Shown here: piece by piece, positions 18,573 through 27,203 of the stretch
Numbering within the stretch: position 1 is the first letter of the stretch
How the letters are laid out: each line of letters begins with the position of its first letter
Source of the DNA: Candidatus Nanopelagicales bacterium
GTDB taxonomy: Bacteria > Actinomycetota > Actinomycetes > S36-B12
Direction: 5' to 3'
Assembly (NCBI GenBank): GCA_018609125.1
Contig: JABAYF010000024.1
Location: 14,722-78,721 of the forward strand
DNA length: 64,000 bases
Made by a program: the position numbers and the translations under genes
The notes under the pieces: model-generated
Seen by the model: only the letters and a program-made list of their open reading frames with translations
Told to the model about the DNA's origin: nothing
The model's database searches: none

Positions 18573-18716
18573 GGGCGACCCTTTCGACGACGGAAATAAC
18601 ACGAAGGCAACTCACACGTTCCTGGACTCAAGACTTATCTCAGGGGTCTGACACCCTCGGTGGCGATTCCTGCGCTGTTCACCGTAGGGCGGTCACTCGA
18701 CCATGTCTACCAGGCC

Positions 18717-18857
18717 TGTGGATAGACATGTGGATAACTAGGGGAAACACTCCGGCGAGCATGTGGGGAGGTTGTGGACAAACCTGGGGATTACGAGCCA
18801 ATTTCTAGCAGAAACATAACCTGAGGTGGGGAAAAATACTCTGCCGCCTGTGGGCAA
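18717..18857. promoter_or_regulatory. cluster of same-orientation DnaA-box-like 9-mers upstream of dnaB
   Basis: TGTGGATAG 18717-18725, TGTGGATAA 18729-18737, TGTGGGGAG 18762-18770, TGTGGACAA 18773-18781, TGTGGGCAA 18849-18857. On the dnaB strand these read TTATCCACA / TTGTCCACA type. Confidence 0.5.
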
Positions 18858-18930
18858 CAAATATTTCGCCACCTGAATCTAAGGTAACGACGAGGTGAAG
18901 CAGACCTAGCCACGCAGTACCGTCAGTCCT

Positions 18931-20292
18931 GTGTGGTGGACAGCTCGATCCTCGTCTGTAGACCCGCAGTCTGTATCAGCTCGGCGCGGTTTAGATCGTG
19001 CTATCTGGCGGCTAGGACTACCCGCCTTCGGCGCTCTCGTGGCTCACCCGGTGTTTCTTCTCATTGATGCGGCCATTGTCGGCACCCTCGGCACTGCCCC
19101 GCTGGCCGGACTCGGTGCCGCCACCACCGTCATCTCCGCGGTCGTCGGCCTGTGTGTGTTCTTGGCCTATGCCACCACCTCCTCCGTTGCCCGGCTTCTC
19201 GGCGCGAACGATCGGGCCGGCGCCCTGGCGCAGGGCCTGGCCGGGATGCTGCTCGGTCTCGGCCTTGGTGTCGTGCTGGGTATCGCCGTGTGGTGGAGCG
19301 CCCCCCTGCTGGCCAGTGGGCTGGGCACCACCGGAGAAGTCACCGACTTCAGTGTCACCTACCTACGCATCATCGCCATCTCACTGCCCGCCATGCTCGG
19401 CGTCCTCGCTGGCGTGGGCGTTCTTCGCGGGTTACAAGACACCAAAACCACGCTGGTGGTCACCCTCAGCCAAGTCGGAGTGAACCTCGTCCTCAGCCTG
19501 GTGCTTGTACTCGGTCTTGGCTGGGGCATTGCCGGTTCTGCGGTCGGCACCGCCGTGGCTGAGTTTGTTGGTCTCTTCGCCTACGGAGCCGTGTTGATCC
19601 TGCTCGTGCGACGGGATGGAGTACCCGTCGTCCCCACGATGGCCGGTATCGTGCGAGCTGCTCGCGATGGCGTACCTCTCTTCATCAGAACGATAGCGCT
19701 GCGCATCGTATTCTTGGTTGCCGCCGCCGCCGCGGCTCGACTCGGCAGCCCTGAACTTGCTGCCTATCACGTCACCGCCACGTTGTTTTTTGCCCTCGCA
19801 CTCGCCCTTGATGCACTCGCCATTGCCGGCCAGGCACTCCTAGGTAAAGTCCTAGGTGCCAGCGATGCCCACTCGGCCCGACTCATCACGCGACGACTGC
19901 TCTACTGGTCGGTATGGCTTGGTCTCGCCCTCGCTGTTTTCGTCTTGGCGATTCGGCCGTGGTTGCCCGGATGGTTCAGCGATGATGAGGCAGTCATTGC
20001 CATCATGAGTTCCGCGCTCATTATCGTTGCGGTACAGCAGCCCTTGGCCGGTGCAGTCTTTGCACTCGACGGAATCTTGATCGGTGCCGGCGACACCCGA
20101 TTTTTGGCTTGGGCGCAAATCGCCGTACTCGGCGGATTCATTCCCGCCGCCTGGTGGGTTGTGCAGTCCGGTTGGGGTGTTGACGGACTGTGGTGGGCGA
20201 TCGCCTGGTTCCTGCTGCTGCGACTCACTATTTTGGGATGGCGAGCACACGGTAGTGCCTGGATCGTGACAGGTGCCGTACGACAAAGATGA
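18931..20292 (+). CDS. MATE family efflux transporter (DinF-like)
   Basis: 453 aa, 12-TM-type, N-terminal LGLPAFGALVAHPVFLLIDAAIVG typical of MATE. The exact start is uncertain (GTG 18931 without a clear SD). Confidence 0.8.
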   Translation: MWWTARSSSVDPQSVSARRGLDRAIWRLGLPAFGALVAHPVFLLIDAAIVGTLGTAPLAGLGAATTVISAVVGLCVFLAYATTSSVARLLGANDRAGALAQGLAGMLLGLGLGVVLGIAVWWSAPLLASGLGTTGEVTDFSVTYLRIIAISLPAMLGVLAGVGVLRGLQDTKTTLVVTLSQVGVNLVLSLVLVLGLGWGIAGSAVGTAVAEFVGLFAYGAVLILLVRRDGVPVVPTMAGIVRAARDGVPLFIRTIALRIVFLVAAAAAARLGSPELAAYHVTATLFFALALALDALAIAGQALLGKVLGASDAHSARLITRRLLYWSVWLGLALAVFVLAIRPWLPGWFSDDEAVIAIMSSALIIVAVQQPLAGAVFALDGILIGAGDTRFLAWAQIAVLGGFIPAAWWVVQSGWGVDGLWWAIAWFLLLRLTILGWRAHGSAWIVTGAVRQR

Positions 20293-20293
20293 A

Positions 20294-20776
20294 TTAGGCC
20301 TGCAGAAGTGAACTGAACCGCTGGCGCGCACGCGTGATGGCTGATGATGCACCACCCACGGACAGGCCCAGCACCTCTGCCACGCCAGCTTCGGTTTGCC
20401 CCTCCCACGCAATCAGCGCCAAAATCTGCCGGTCACGGGCACCAAGTTGCAACCAGGCACGCGATAATTCATCGTTGGCGGCAACAAGTTCAGCCGGATC
20501 ATTGGCCGCATCGACATCGGCATCAAGTAACCGAACCTGAGCGTTCATTTTTCGATAGTGATTAGCCAGCAAATGGCGTGCAACTCCGTACAACCACGGC
20601 AGCACGGCATCGTCAGGCACATCCGCACGGCGGCGCCACACCACAGTGAAGACATCCGCGGTGATGTCATCTGCATCTATCGCAGCAGTTGTCAGCTGGA
20701 TGCGGCGGCGAATAAATCGGTGTACCGCAACGGCATAATCGGTGAAAACCGCATCAAACCATGCCGTGTCATGCAT
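20294..20776 (-). CDS. ECF-type RNA polymerase sigma-70 family factor
   Basis: 160 aa. Region 2 is DADDITADVFTVVWRR...WLYGVARHLLANHYRK and region 4 HTH is QTEAGVAEVLGLSVGGASSAITRARQRF. It starts 9 nt after the lipoprotein stop. Confidence 0.85.
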   Translation of the reverse strand: MHDTAWFDAVFTDYAVAVHRFIRRRIQLTTAAIDADDITADVFTVVWRRRADVPDDAVLPWLYGVARHLLANHYRKMNAQVRLLDADVDAANDPAELVAANDELSRAWLQLGARDRQILALIAWEGQTEAGVAEVLGLSVGGASSAITRARQRFSSLLQA

Positions 20777-20785
20777 GGTCGTTGT

Positions 20786-21415
20786 CTAGTTCTGCCGAAC
20801 GAGCGAACGGTAGTCCGCCGCGGTAGCCGGGCCGTCCAGCAAGCGCCCATCAGGCAGTGGAACAGCTAGCGCCTCGCCCTGTTCATTCACCACGGCAACA
20901 GCACTGGTGGTGCGCACACCGGTAAGTGTCAACACCACCTGCCCGAGCAGCAACACCTGTTCGGTGGGTGGCAGCGTAGTGAATGCAGCCGATGCCTCAA
21001 CGGTAACGATGCCCTCCTGGGGCGAATCAGTGTCCACGGCCCGGAGCAGCGGATCTGAAGTGAGTGGGTCTACCAGGAGAGTGCGCAAATTCAACGAACC
21101 AGCGGGCGGACCCTGAGCCAGGGCATCAAGTAGCTCCTGCGGCTGCGTGCCCGCAACACTCGACACGACCGGTACGATGCTGTCCTCGCGCACGAACCAT
21201 AACCGCGCGGTTGCCGGGTTGGGTGTACTGGTGCCGGTCGGGCTAGGCGTTGGCGACGCGGTGGGGAGCGCACCCTCGGGGAGTGGACGCGCAGAAGACT
21301 CCAGTGGTACCCCGCATGCGGTCAACACCAGAGCACTCACCATGGCTGTGGTCAAGATGGTGGCCAACCGCTGGTGATTGTGACGAGAGTGCATGATCGA
21401 GATACGACGCATCAT
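20786..21415 (-). CDS. GerMN-domain lipoprotein (short LpqB-like)
   Basis: Signal peptide plus lipobox LTAC. ARLWFVRED..VPV...PQELLDALAQGPP matches the GerMN pattern. ATGA overlap with the kinase stop. Confidence 0.7.
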   Translation of the reverse strand: MMRRISIMHSRHNHQRLATILTTAMVSALVLTACGVPLESSARPLPEGALPTASPTPSPTGTSTPNPATARLWFVREDSIVPVVSSVAGTQPQELLDALAQGPPAGSLNLRTLLVDPLTSDPLLRAVDTDSPQEGIVTVEASAAFTTLPPTEQVLLLGQVVLTLTGVRTTSAVAVVNEQGEALAVPLPDGRLLDGPATAADYRSLVRQN

Positions 21416-22755
21416 GCCGAACCCACCGGCATAGTGAATGTGAAGCGAGCGCCCTGGCCGCCAGGGTTCGCCCCCACCGTGACCTGCGCACCAAGGCGCC
21501 TGGACTGCTCTCGGACCAGGGCCAAGCCAAGCCCGGCGCCATCGGTTCCCGACGATGCAGAGCCGCGCGCGAACGGCTCGAACAGTCGTGCCGCTTCGTC
21601 GGCATCAATGCCGGGTCCTTCGTCGTCAACGGTGATGATGACCTCCGCGGGCGCATGGTGGGTTGTGGTGACGTCAATTCGCGTCACCCCACCTCCATGA
21701 CGTTGCGCGTTGTCCACCAGGTTCCCCAAAATTCGTTCGAATCGTCGAGCATCGGTGTGGACGAGCACAGAATCGCCATGCAACAAATCGGTGTCTAGCC
21801 CACGATCACTCAGCACTTCAGCGCACAGCGACATGAGGTCGGTTGTTTCCCACTGCAGGTCCGTATCAGCGGTGACGCTAGAAATCTCGAGTAGATCGAG
21901 CACCATTTGCGACATGCGGCGCACCTGACGCACCAAAACATCAACGATTCCCGCGTCGCGCTCGGGCATGGACTCGCGCCTGCGCTCCAGGAGTTCTGCG
22001 GTACCCAGCACCGAGGTGAGTGGCGATCGCAATTCATGACTGACGTTGGCGGTAAACCGACGCTCACGGGAAATTTGAGACTGCACCGCCTCGGCCATTT
22101 CATTGAAGGAGTCACTGATCTGGTCAAGATCTGCATCCCCGGTGATCTCTAGGCGGACCGAATAGTCACCTGCTGCCACCTGCTGGGCACCATCAGAGAT
22201 TTTGCGCAACGGTCGCAGAATGCGCACACCGGCATAGCGGCCGACACCACCACCGATGGCGAAGGACACCGAGGTGAGAACAACGACCACCCAGCCGGCA
22301 ATGATGAAGGTGGTTTCTAAGTCCAGGAGGGGGAAAACCTCCACATAGAGGCCGGCCGGTAGTGCTACCGCTACCGCCAAATATGGCTCCCCGCCCACCC
22401 CGAATCGTTGGGATGCACCCCCGGCGGTTTCGGTGAGTTCGGTGAGGTCAGCCGGGAGTGCCTCCGGGGACACCGTGATGCCGGTGGTGAACCACTCACC
22501 GTCCACGAACAGCAGCGCCTGGGAGGTGCCCACCGAGGGAATCTGCTCCAGTGCCCGAGCTGGTGAAAGCCCGGAATCCAAACTGGCACCAGCCGCACGG
22601 GCATCAATGAGGGCCCGCGTGAGCGCCGCGTTTTCTCGCTGACTCAGCAAATAAACCCGGGAGAGGGCATAGGTGGTGCCCGAGACCGCAACGGCAACAA
22701 CCAGGGACAAGATGCCAAAGGTGAGCGTGACGCGCGCCCGTAGACCCAACTTCAT
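21412..22755 (-). CDS. HAMP-domain sensor histidine kinase
   Basis: Two TM segments flank an extracytoplasmic domain of about 130 aa, followed by HAMP, H-box SHELRSPL, and N/G boxes (NLVDNAQRHG, DDEGPGI, GAGLGLALV). Confidence 0.9.
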   Translation of the reverse strand: MKLGLRARVTLTFGILSLVVAVAVSGTTYALSRVYLLSQRENAALTRALIDARAAGASLDSGLSPARALEQIPSVGTSQALLFVDGEWFTTGITVSPEALPADLTELTETAGGASQRFGVGGEPYLAVAVALPAGLYVEVFPLLDLETTFIIAGWVVVVLTSVSFAIGGGVGRYAGVRILRPLRKISDGAQQVAAGDYSVRLEITGDADLDQISDSFNEMAEAVQSQISRERRFTANVSHELRSPLTSVLGTAELLERRRESMPERDAGIVDVLVRQVRRMSQMVLDLLEISSVTADTDLQWETTDLMSLCAEVLSDRGLDTDLLHGDSVLVHTDARRFERILGNLVDNAQRHGGGVTRIDVTTTHHAPAEVIITVDDEGPGIDADEAARLFEPFARGSASSGTDGAGLGLALVREQSRRLGAQVTVGANPGGQGARFTFTMPVGSA

Positions 22756-22770
22756 CGCTTGACCTTCGGG

Positions 22771-23460
22771 TCAGTCCTTCAGGCGATAGCCGAATCCGCG
22801 CACGGTGACCAGGTGCGTGGGATTTGCCGGATCAATCTCGATCTTTGAACGCAGGCGATAAATGAGGTTGTCTACGACGCGCCCATCACCGGCGTTGCCA
22901 TAACCCCACACCCGGCGGAGCAACTCATCTCGGCTCAGGACGCGCCCGCGAGCAAGAACCAGTTCTTGCAATACGCGAAACTCAATGCGCGACAGCAGAA
23001 TCGGCTCGCCGTTGAGCATGACCTCTGCCGTGTCAGGGTGCACCTCGATGGGTCCGCATACGAGCGTGGCCGGCTCCTCCTCGGTGGCTGTGGTTCGGCG
23101 CAACTGAGACCGAATGCGGGCGGAGAGTTCTTTAGCTACGAACGGCTTCGTGACGTAGTCGTCAGCACCCGCTTCAAGACCGGCAACAACGTCGTGGCTG
23201 TCTGCCTGGGCGGTGACGACAATGATGGGCACCGCACTTTGGCCACGCAGACTGCGAATAACGTCGAAGCCATGGATGCCGGGCAGGCGAAGATCAACCA
23301 GCACGACGTCGGGTTGCTCGTCTTGCACAATAACCAGGCCCTGTTCGCCGGTGACAGCTTCGACCACGCGGTACCCCTCCTCCTCGAGGAAGGTGCGCAG
23401 TACGAGTCGGATTGCCTCGTCATCTTCGATGACCATGACCGTGCGGCTAGCAGAGCTCAT
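22771..23460 (-). CDS. OmpR/PhoB-family response regulator
   Basis: Receiver domain (VMVIEDDE, VLVDLRLPG, KPF) plus winged-helix output (LSRIEFRVLQELV..., VTVRGFGYRL). Confidence 0.9.
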   Translation of the reverse strand: MSSASRTVMVIEDDEAIRLVLRTFLEEEGYRVVEAVTGEQGLVIVQDEQPDVVLVDLRLPGIHGFDVIRSLRGQSAVPIIVVTAQADSHDVVAGLEAGADDYVTKPFVAKELSARIRSQLRRTTATEEEPATLVCGPIEVHPDTAEVMLNGEPILLSRIEFRVLQELVLARGRVLSRDELLRRVWGYGNAGDGRVVDNLIYRLRSKIEIDPANPTHLVTVRGFGYRLKD

Positions 23461-23505
23461 CGGTGAGAATCGCCCCTTCCGAGTCGATTGGGGTGACGAG
23501 CGGTC

Positions 23506-23589
23506 CTATTCAGAATTGCGCTGGGACACGATGTACACAACGGCACCGATAGCGCCAAGACCCAACAGGAGAATAAGTAGTTTCTTCAT
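23506..23589 (-). CDS. candidate 27-aa single-TM micro-protein MKKLLILLLGLGAIGAVVYIVSQRNSE
   Basis: Hand-translated and below the ORF-track cutoff. ATG 23589 has GGGTG about 7 nt upstream and the TAG stop is at 23506, 45 nt upstream of the response regulator on the same strand. Confidence 0.3.
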   Translation of the reverse strand: MKKLLILLLGLGAIGAVVYIVSQRNSE

Positions 23590-23613
23590 GCGTCACACCC
23601 TACGCCCTCTGGC

Positions 23614-24279
23614 GTGCGTGGGATCATTACTTGCGTGACACGCCGATGCGAACCTGGACAGCGGCCACCCCCGAGCCATCCGGAGTCCCTCACCGCTCTC
23701 GTGCTCGCCGGCGGCGGCTCCCGCCGCATGGGCCGAGACAAGTTGAGTCTGGAGCGGGGCGGCCAGACGCTTCTCAGCGTGGTGGTTGCCGGAGTGGATG
23801 CCGCCTTCGCCAGTGGCGGGCACCGGCCCAACATCGTGGTGGTGGGTCCGCAACGGCAGCACCTGGCACACGGACGCTGGGTATGCGAAGAGCCACCCGG
23901 TGGTGGTCCGGTGGCAGGAATCGCCGCTGGACTCAACGAAGTCTCCACACCGTGGGTCGCCCTGCTCGCTGGTGATGCACCCCACGGCCCACGCGCGTTA
24001 CCCGTCCTGTGGTCGGTTGCTGGCTCGCTAGGGGCCGATATCGATGGCGTCTGCGTGCAAGGCAGCGACGGCCGAACCCAACCACTATGTGGCATCTACC
24101 GTCGTGGGCAGCTACGTGAAGCTGTTGGCTCACTCGATGCGGTGGCAGGTGCTGCGGTGCGCAGCCTGTTCGGCCATCTGCGCATCATCACCGTGGCCGA
24201 CCAGTGGGCCGCCGCTGACGATATTGACGAGCCCGCTGATGCACAGCGCGCCGGCTTTGACTGGGTAGATCGCGGCTAG
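23614..24279 (+). CDS. mobA: molybdenum cofactor guanylyltransferase (MobA-like, NTP_transf_3)
   Basis: LVLAGGGSRRMGRDKL near the N-terminus, GGGPVAGI, and the LLAGDAP motif. The start codon is uncertain (GTG 23614 or downstream). Confidence 0.7.
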   Translation: MRGIITCVTRRCEPGQRPPPSHPESLTALVLAGGGSRRMGRDKLSLERGGQTLLSVVVAGVDAAFASGGHRPNIVVVGPQRQHLAHGRWVCEEPPGGGPVAGIAAGLNEVSTPWVALLAGDAPHGPRALPVLWSVAGSLGADIDGVCVQGSDGRTQPLCGIYRRGQLREAVGSLDAVAGAAVRSLFGHLRIITVADQWAAADDIDEPADAQRAGFDWVDRG

Positions 24280-25076
24280 GCCTGCGGATGCCAAGACGGT
24301 TTCGCTTTGGTCAAAAACGCGGTCATGCCCTCGCGGGCCTCATCAGAGGTAAACAAGGATCCGGATAATTGCGCGGTCCAGGTGAAGGCATCGGCACGGG
24401 TCATGGTGGGTACGCGGCGCAGAAGATCTTTGGTTGCTGTCATGGCTTGCGGTCCACCGCTAAGCAGGGCGGTGAGATAACCATCCACCACGCCATCGAG
24501 TGCCTCTGGTTGGGCGACAGCGGTAATCAGACCCGATGCAAGTACTTGTTCAGCACTCACGCGTTCGCCGGTGAGGAGGAGTTCAGCGGCAGCTCGCGGA
24601 TGCATTCGGGGGATACACACGGTCGCGATGATCGCCGGAGCCAAGCCTAGGCGCACTTCAGAGAAAGCGAACCGAGCATCGGTTGAGGCAATCGCGATAT
24701 CGCATGCCGCCACCAGGCCGTTTCCACCACCGGCGACGTGGCCCTGAATGCGACCCACAATGGGTTTCGGATGGTCCAGCATGACGTTGAGAACATCCAC
24801 GAGGGCCTGGGTACCGGTATTGGCAAACCCTCCCTCGTCAGCCGCTACCGCACCCGCTAAATCCGCTCCAGCGCAAAAAGTATTGCCACTGCCCGTAAGA
24901 ACAACCACGCGCACATCAGGGCGTACTGCCGCGTCATCGAGATGATGATTTAGCGCGGCCATACCCGCAGCATCCAGCCGGTTTTTCGTATCCGGCCGGT
25001 TGAGAGTGATAGTCATGACGCCAGCGTCCACTGTCGCAATCACCGCCTCTTCGTGAGCGGCAGACTCATTCGTCAT
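24276..25076 (-). CDS. enoyl-CoA hydratase/isomerase (crotonase) family protein, AtuE/LiuC-like by context
   Basis: 266 aa crotonase-fold pattern (VVVLTGSGNTFCAGADL, GHVAGGGNGL). Last gene of the minus-strand operon, with 4-nt overlap to the ACAD gene. Confidence 0.8.
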   Translation of the reverse strand: MTNESAAHEEAVIATVDAGVMTITLNRPDTKNRLDAAGMAALNHHLDDAAVRPDVRVVVLTGSGNTFCAGADLAGAVAADEGGFANTGTQALVDVLNVMLDHPKPIVGRIQGHVAGGGNGLVAACDIAIASTDARFAFSEVRLGLAPAIIATVCIPRMHPRAAAELLLTGERVSAEQVLASGLITAVAQPEALDGVVDGYLTALLSGGPQAMTATKDLLRRVPTMTRADAFTWTAQLSGSLFTSDEAREGMTAFLTKAKPSWHPQA

Positions 25077-26230
25077 TTCTTTCCCATGCCTTCCATCATC
25101 GAGATGATGCGCAGCATGACCTCGTCTGCGCCCCCGCCGATGGACACCAAGCGCGCATCACGGAAGTAGCGGGCAACCCACATCTCTTCGGCATAACCCA
25201 TACCGCCGTGGAATTGCACGCACGCATCCGCAACCTCGCGTACCAGACGCCCTACCTTCAACTTGGCAACCGACGCCTCGCGAGTTACGTCAATTCCTTC
25301 GCTATACCGTTGCGCTGCAAAACGAAGAAGGCCATCAATGGTGTCCACATCGGCATACAACTCTGCGAGTCGATACTGCAGTGCCTGATTGGCCAGCAGT
25401 GGCTTGCCGAAAGCTGAGCGCTGCTGGAGGTATTCCTTGGTGCGATGCAATGCTCGGCGGGCACCGGAGACGGCCAGGTAAGCACCCACGAGGCGCTCAT
25501 CTTGAAACTGGGCCATCTGCTGCTGAAAGCCACGGCCAGGTTCGCCGATGACGTTACTCACGGGGACTCGCACGTTATCGAAAACCAACTCTGCCGTATC
25601 AGAACATCGGTTGCCCATCTTCTCGATTTTGCGGCCAACGCTAAAGCCCGGCGATGAGGTGGGGACAACGATGAGGCTCATGCCGTGATAGTCGCCCGGT
25701 TTAGACAGGGGGTCGGTCCGGGCCAGCAGGCAGATCCAATCAGCCTGCGTCCCGTTGGTGATCCACATCTTTCGACCATTGATCACATAGTCGTCGCCAT
25801 CAAGGGTGGCGTGGGTTGAAATCCCAGCGACATCAGAACCTGCATCGGGTTCACTGACAGCGATGGAGCACACCATTTCGCCACGAAGCGTTGGCTCGAG
25901 CCAGGTTCGTTTCAGTTCCTCGCTGCCGTATCGCGCGAGCGCTGGTGTAGCCATCGAAGTTTGCACCGCGATCGCCATCGGCACGCCCGCAGCATCACAT
26001 CGACCCAATTCTTCGGCCAGTACGAACGTAAAGCCGTGGTCGGCATCACCGCCCCCGAACTGTGCGTCATATTCCAAACCGAGGGCACCGATGCTGCCCA
26101 ACTTTGCGAATAGTTCGTGTGCCGGAAAGATTCCTGCTGCCTCCCACTCGTCAATGAATGGGTTAATTTCTTCGTCAACCAAGCGGCGAACACTACTGCG
26201 AAACTGCTCGTGCTCTTCGGTTAACTTCAC
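25073..26230 (-). CDS. acyl-CoA dehydrogenase
   Basis: Start trimmed to GTG 26230 (AGGAGG upstream, GTGA overlap with the TetR stop). ACAD N/M/C domain pattern (SEPDAGSD, IHGGMGY-like QFHGGMGYAEE). Confidence 0.9.
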   Translation of the reverse strand: MKLTEEHEQFRSSVRRLVDEEINPFIDEWEAAGIFPAHELFAKLGSIGALGLEYDAQFGGGDADHGFTFVLAEELGRCDAAGVPMAIAVQTSMATPALARYGSEELKRTWLEPTLRGEMVCSIAVSEPDAGSDVAGISTHATLDGDDYVINGRKMWITNGTQADWICLLARTDPLSKPGDYHGMSLIVVPTSSPGFSVGRKIEKMGNRCSDTAELVFDNVRVPVSNVIGEPGRGFQQQMAQFQDERLVGAYLAVSGARRALHRTKEYLQQRSAFGKPLLANQALQYRLAELYADVDTIDGLLRFAAQRYSEGIDVTREASVAKLKVGRLVREVADACVQFHGGMGYAEEMWVARYFRDARLVSIGGGADEVMLRIISMMEGMGKK

Positions 26231-26829
26231 TGTTCCTCCTGTAGTTGCAGGGCCGAGGCCCACAGCATCGTGAGTGTTGAAACTGCCTGGAATTCCTCGT
26301 ATACCTCGCCGCGACCGAACCAGTGGCGAGCAAACCCTTCGACCATGGCGCACAGTGCCGCAGCCGCCACGGCGGCATCGACGTCGTCGCGGACGAGTGA
26401 GTCGCGTTGGAGACGTTCGATGGTGGTGGTCACACGTGCCACATGGGTGGCTCGCAGGGATGCCAGCAACGTGCGGAACTCCGGATGAGTTACGGCAGCC
26501 TGCTCCACCACTTCAAGGAGTCGGGCATGGTCACGATAGGAATCAAGGTAGCTGCGGTTGGCGAGGTCAATGCGTGCCCGTGCGGTGGCTCCCGGTGGCG
26601 TACGCATGGAGTCATAAAGCCCTTCGATGACCGTGTCGGCCACCGCTGCCAACACCGACTCCTTAGTGGCAAACCAGGTGTACACCGTGCCATGGCTCAC
26701 TCCGGCCGCCGAAGCGATATCGCTCATGCGGGTGCCATTGAAACCGCGTTCTTCAAATACGCGCCGACCAGCCTCAATCAATGACTCGCGCGTTCGTCGA
26801 CCACGATCGGTTAATGGTTGCGCCGTCAC
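26227..26829 (-). CDS. TetR/AcrR family transcriptional regulator
   Basis: N-terminal HTH GFNGTRMSDIASAAGVSHGTVYTWF. 200 aa, embedded in the operon. Confidence 0.9.
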   Translation of the reverse strand: MTAQPLTDRGRRTRESLIEAGRRVFEERGFNGTRMSDIASAAGVSHGTVYTWFATKESVLAAVADTVIEGLYDSMRTPPGATARARIDLANRSYLDSYRDHARLLEVVEQAAVTHPEFRTLLASLRATHVARVTTTIERLQRDSLVRDDVDAAVAAAALCAMVEGFARHWFGRGEVYEEFQAVSTLTMLWASALQLQEEQ

Positions 26830-27203
26830 GCGAGGCTCACCCCGGCGTTGGGAATAAGTTCCGGCGGTATCGGGGCTAGTCGCGCCCTGATGTGTTCGCC
26901 TAAGCCTTTAGCCTGCGGGTCAAGTGAGGAGTTCTCCGACACTCCAAGACCAAGCCAGCGCTCAATCACAAAGTTCAGTGCGCATAGATTCGCCAACTCG
27001 TAGCGGTGAATAACCAGCCCTTGAGTTTCTGGCAGCAGAATTCGCACCTGTTCAACGGTGAGCCAGTCGCGAAGCCATGCGTAGGCGCCAACGCGGTCGG
27101 GGACGACCACCGGAATCCACACGCCCACGTTGGCTGAACCTCCCTTGTCGCCGCTGCGCGCACCCACAAGTTCACCCAGAGCATGCAGCTCACCGATGGT
27201 CAT
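26826..27203 (-). CDS. AtuA C-terminal-domain-like small protein
   Basis: 125 aa. GARSGDKGGSANVGVW resembles the C-terminal part of long AtuA proteins. 4-nt overlaps on both sides. Confidence 0.6.
   Translation of the reverse strand: MTIGELHALGELVGARSGDKGGSANVGVWIPVVVPDRVGAYAWLRDWLTVEQVRILLPETQGLVIHRYELANLCALNFVIERWLGLGVSENSSLDPQAKGLGEHIRARLAPIPPELIPNAGVSLA

Noticed and set aside
18729-18809. 26-codon Trp/Gly-rich ORF (MWITRGNTPASMWGGCGQTWGLRANF) overlapping the TGTGG repeats.
   Set aside because: Its composition follows directly from the repeated TGTGG motif. It has no RBS and is more simply explained as DNA-level repeats.
18573-18930. An alternative chromosomal origin (oriC) at the dnaB upstream spacer.
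   Set aside because: There is no dnaA/dnaN adjacency and no clear AT-rich unwinding element. All boxes have one orientation and are few in number. A regulatory or titration site is more plausible, and the question needs GC-skew on the full genome.
23461-23640. An MtrA-box-like inverted repeat (TGTCAC ... GTGAC) and an ECF-type (GGAAC/CGTT) promoter upstream of the two-component operon.
   Set aside because: The repeat is only 5-6 bp with a spacer of about 37 bp, and no GGAAC-N16-17-CGTT motif is present. This is too weak to call.
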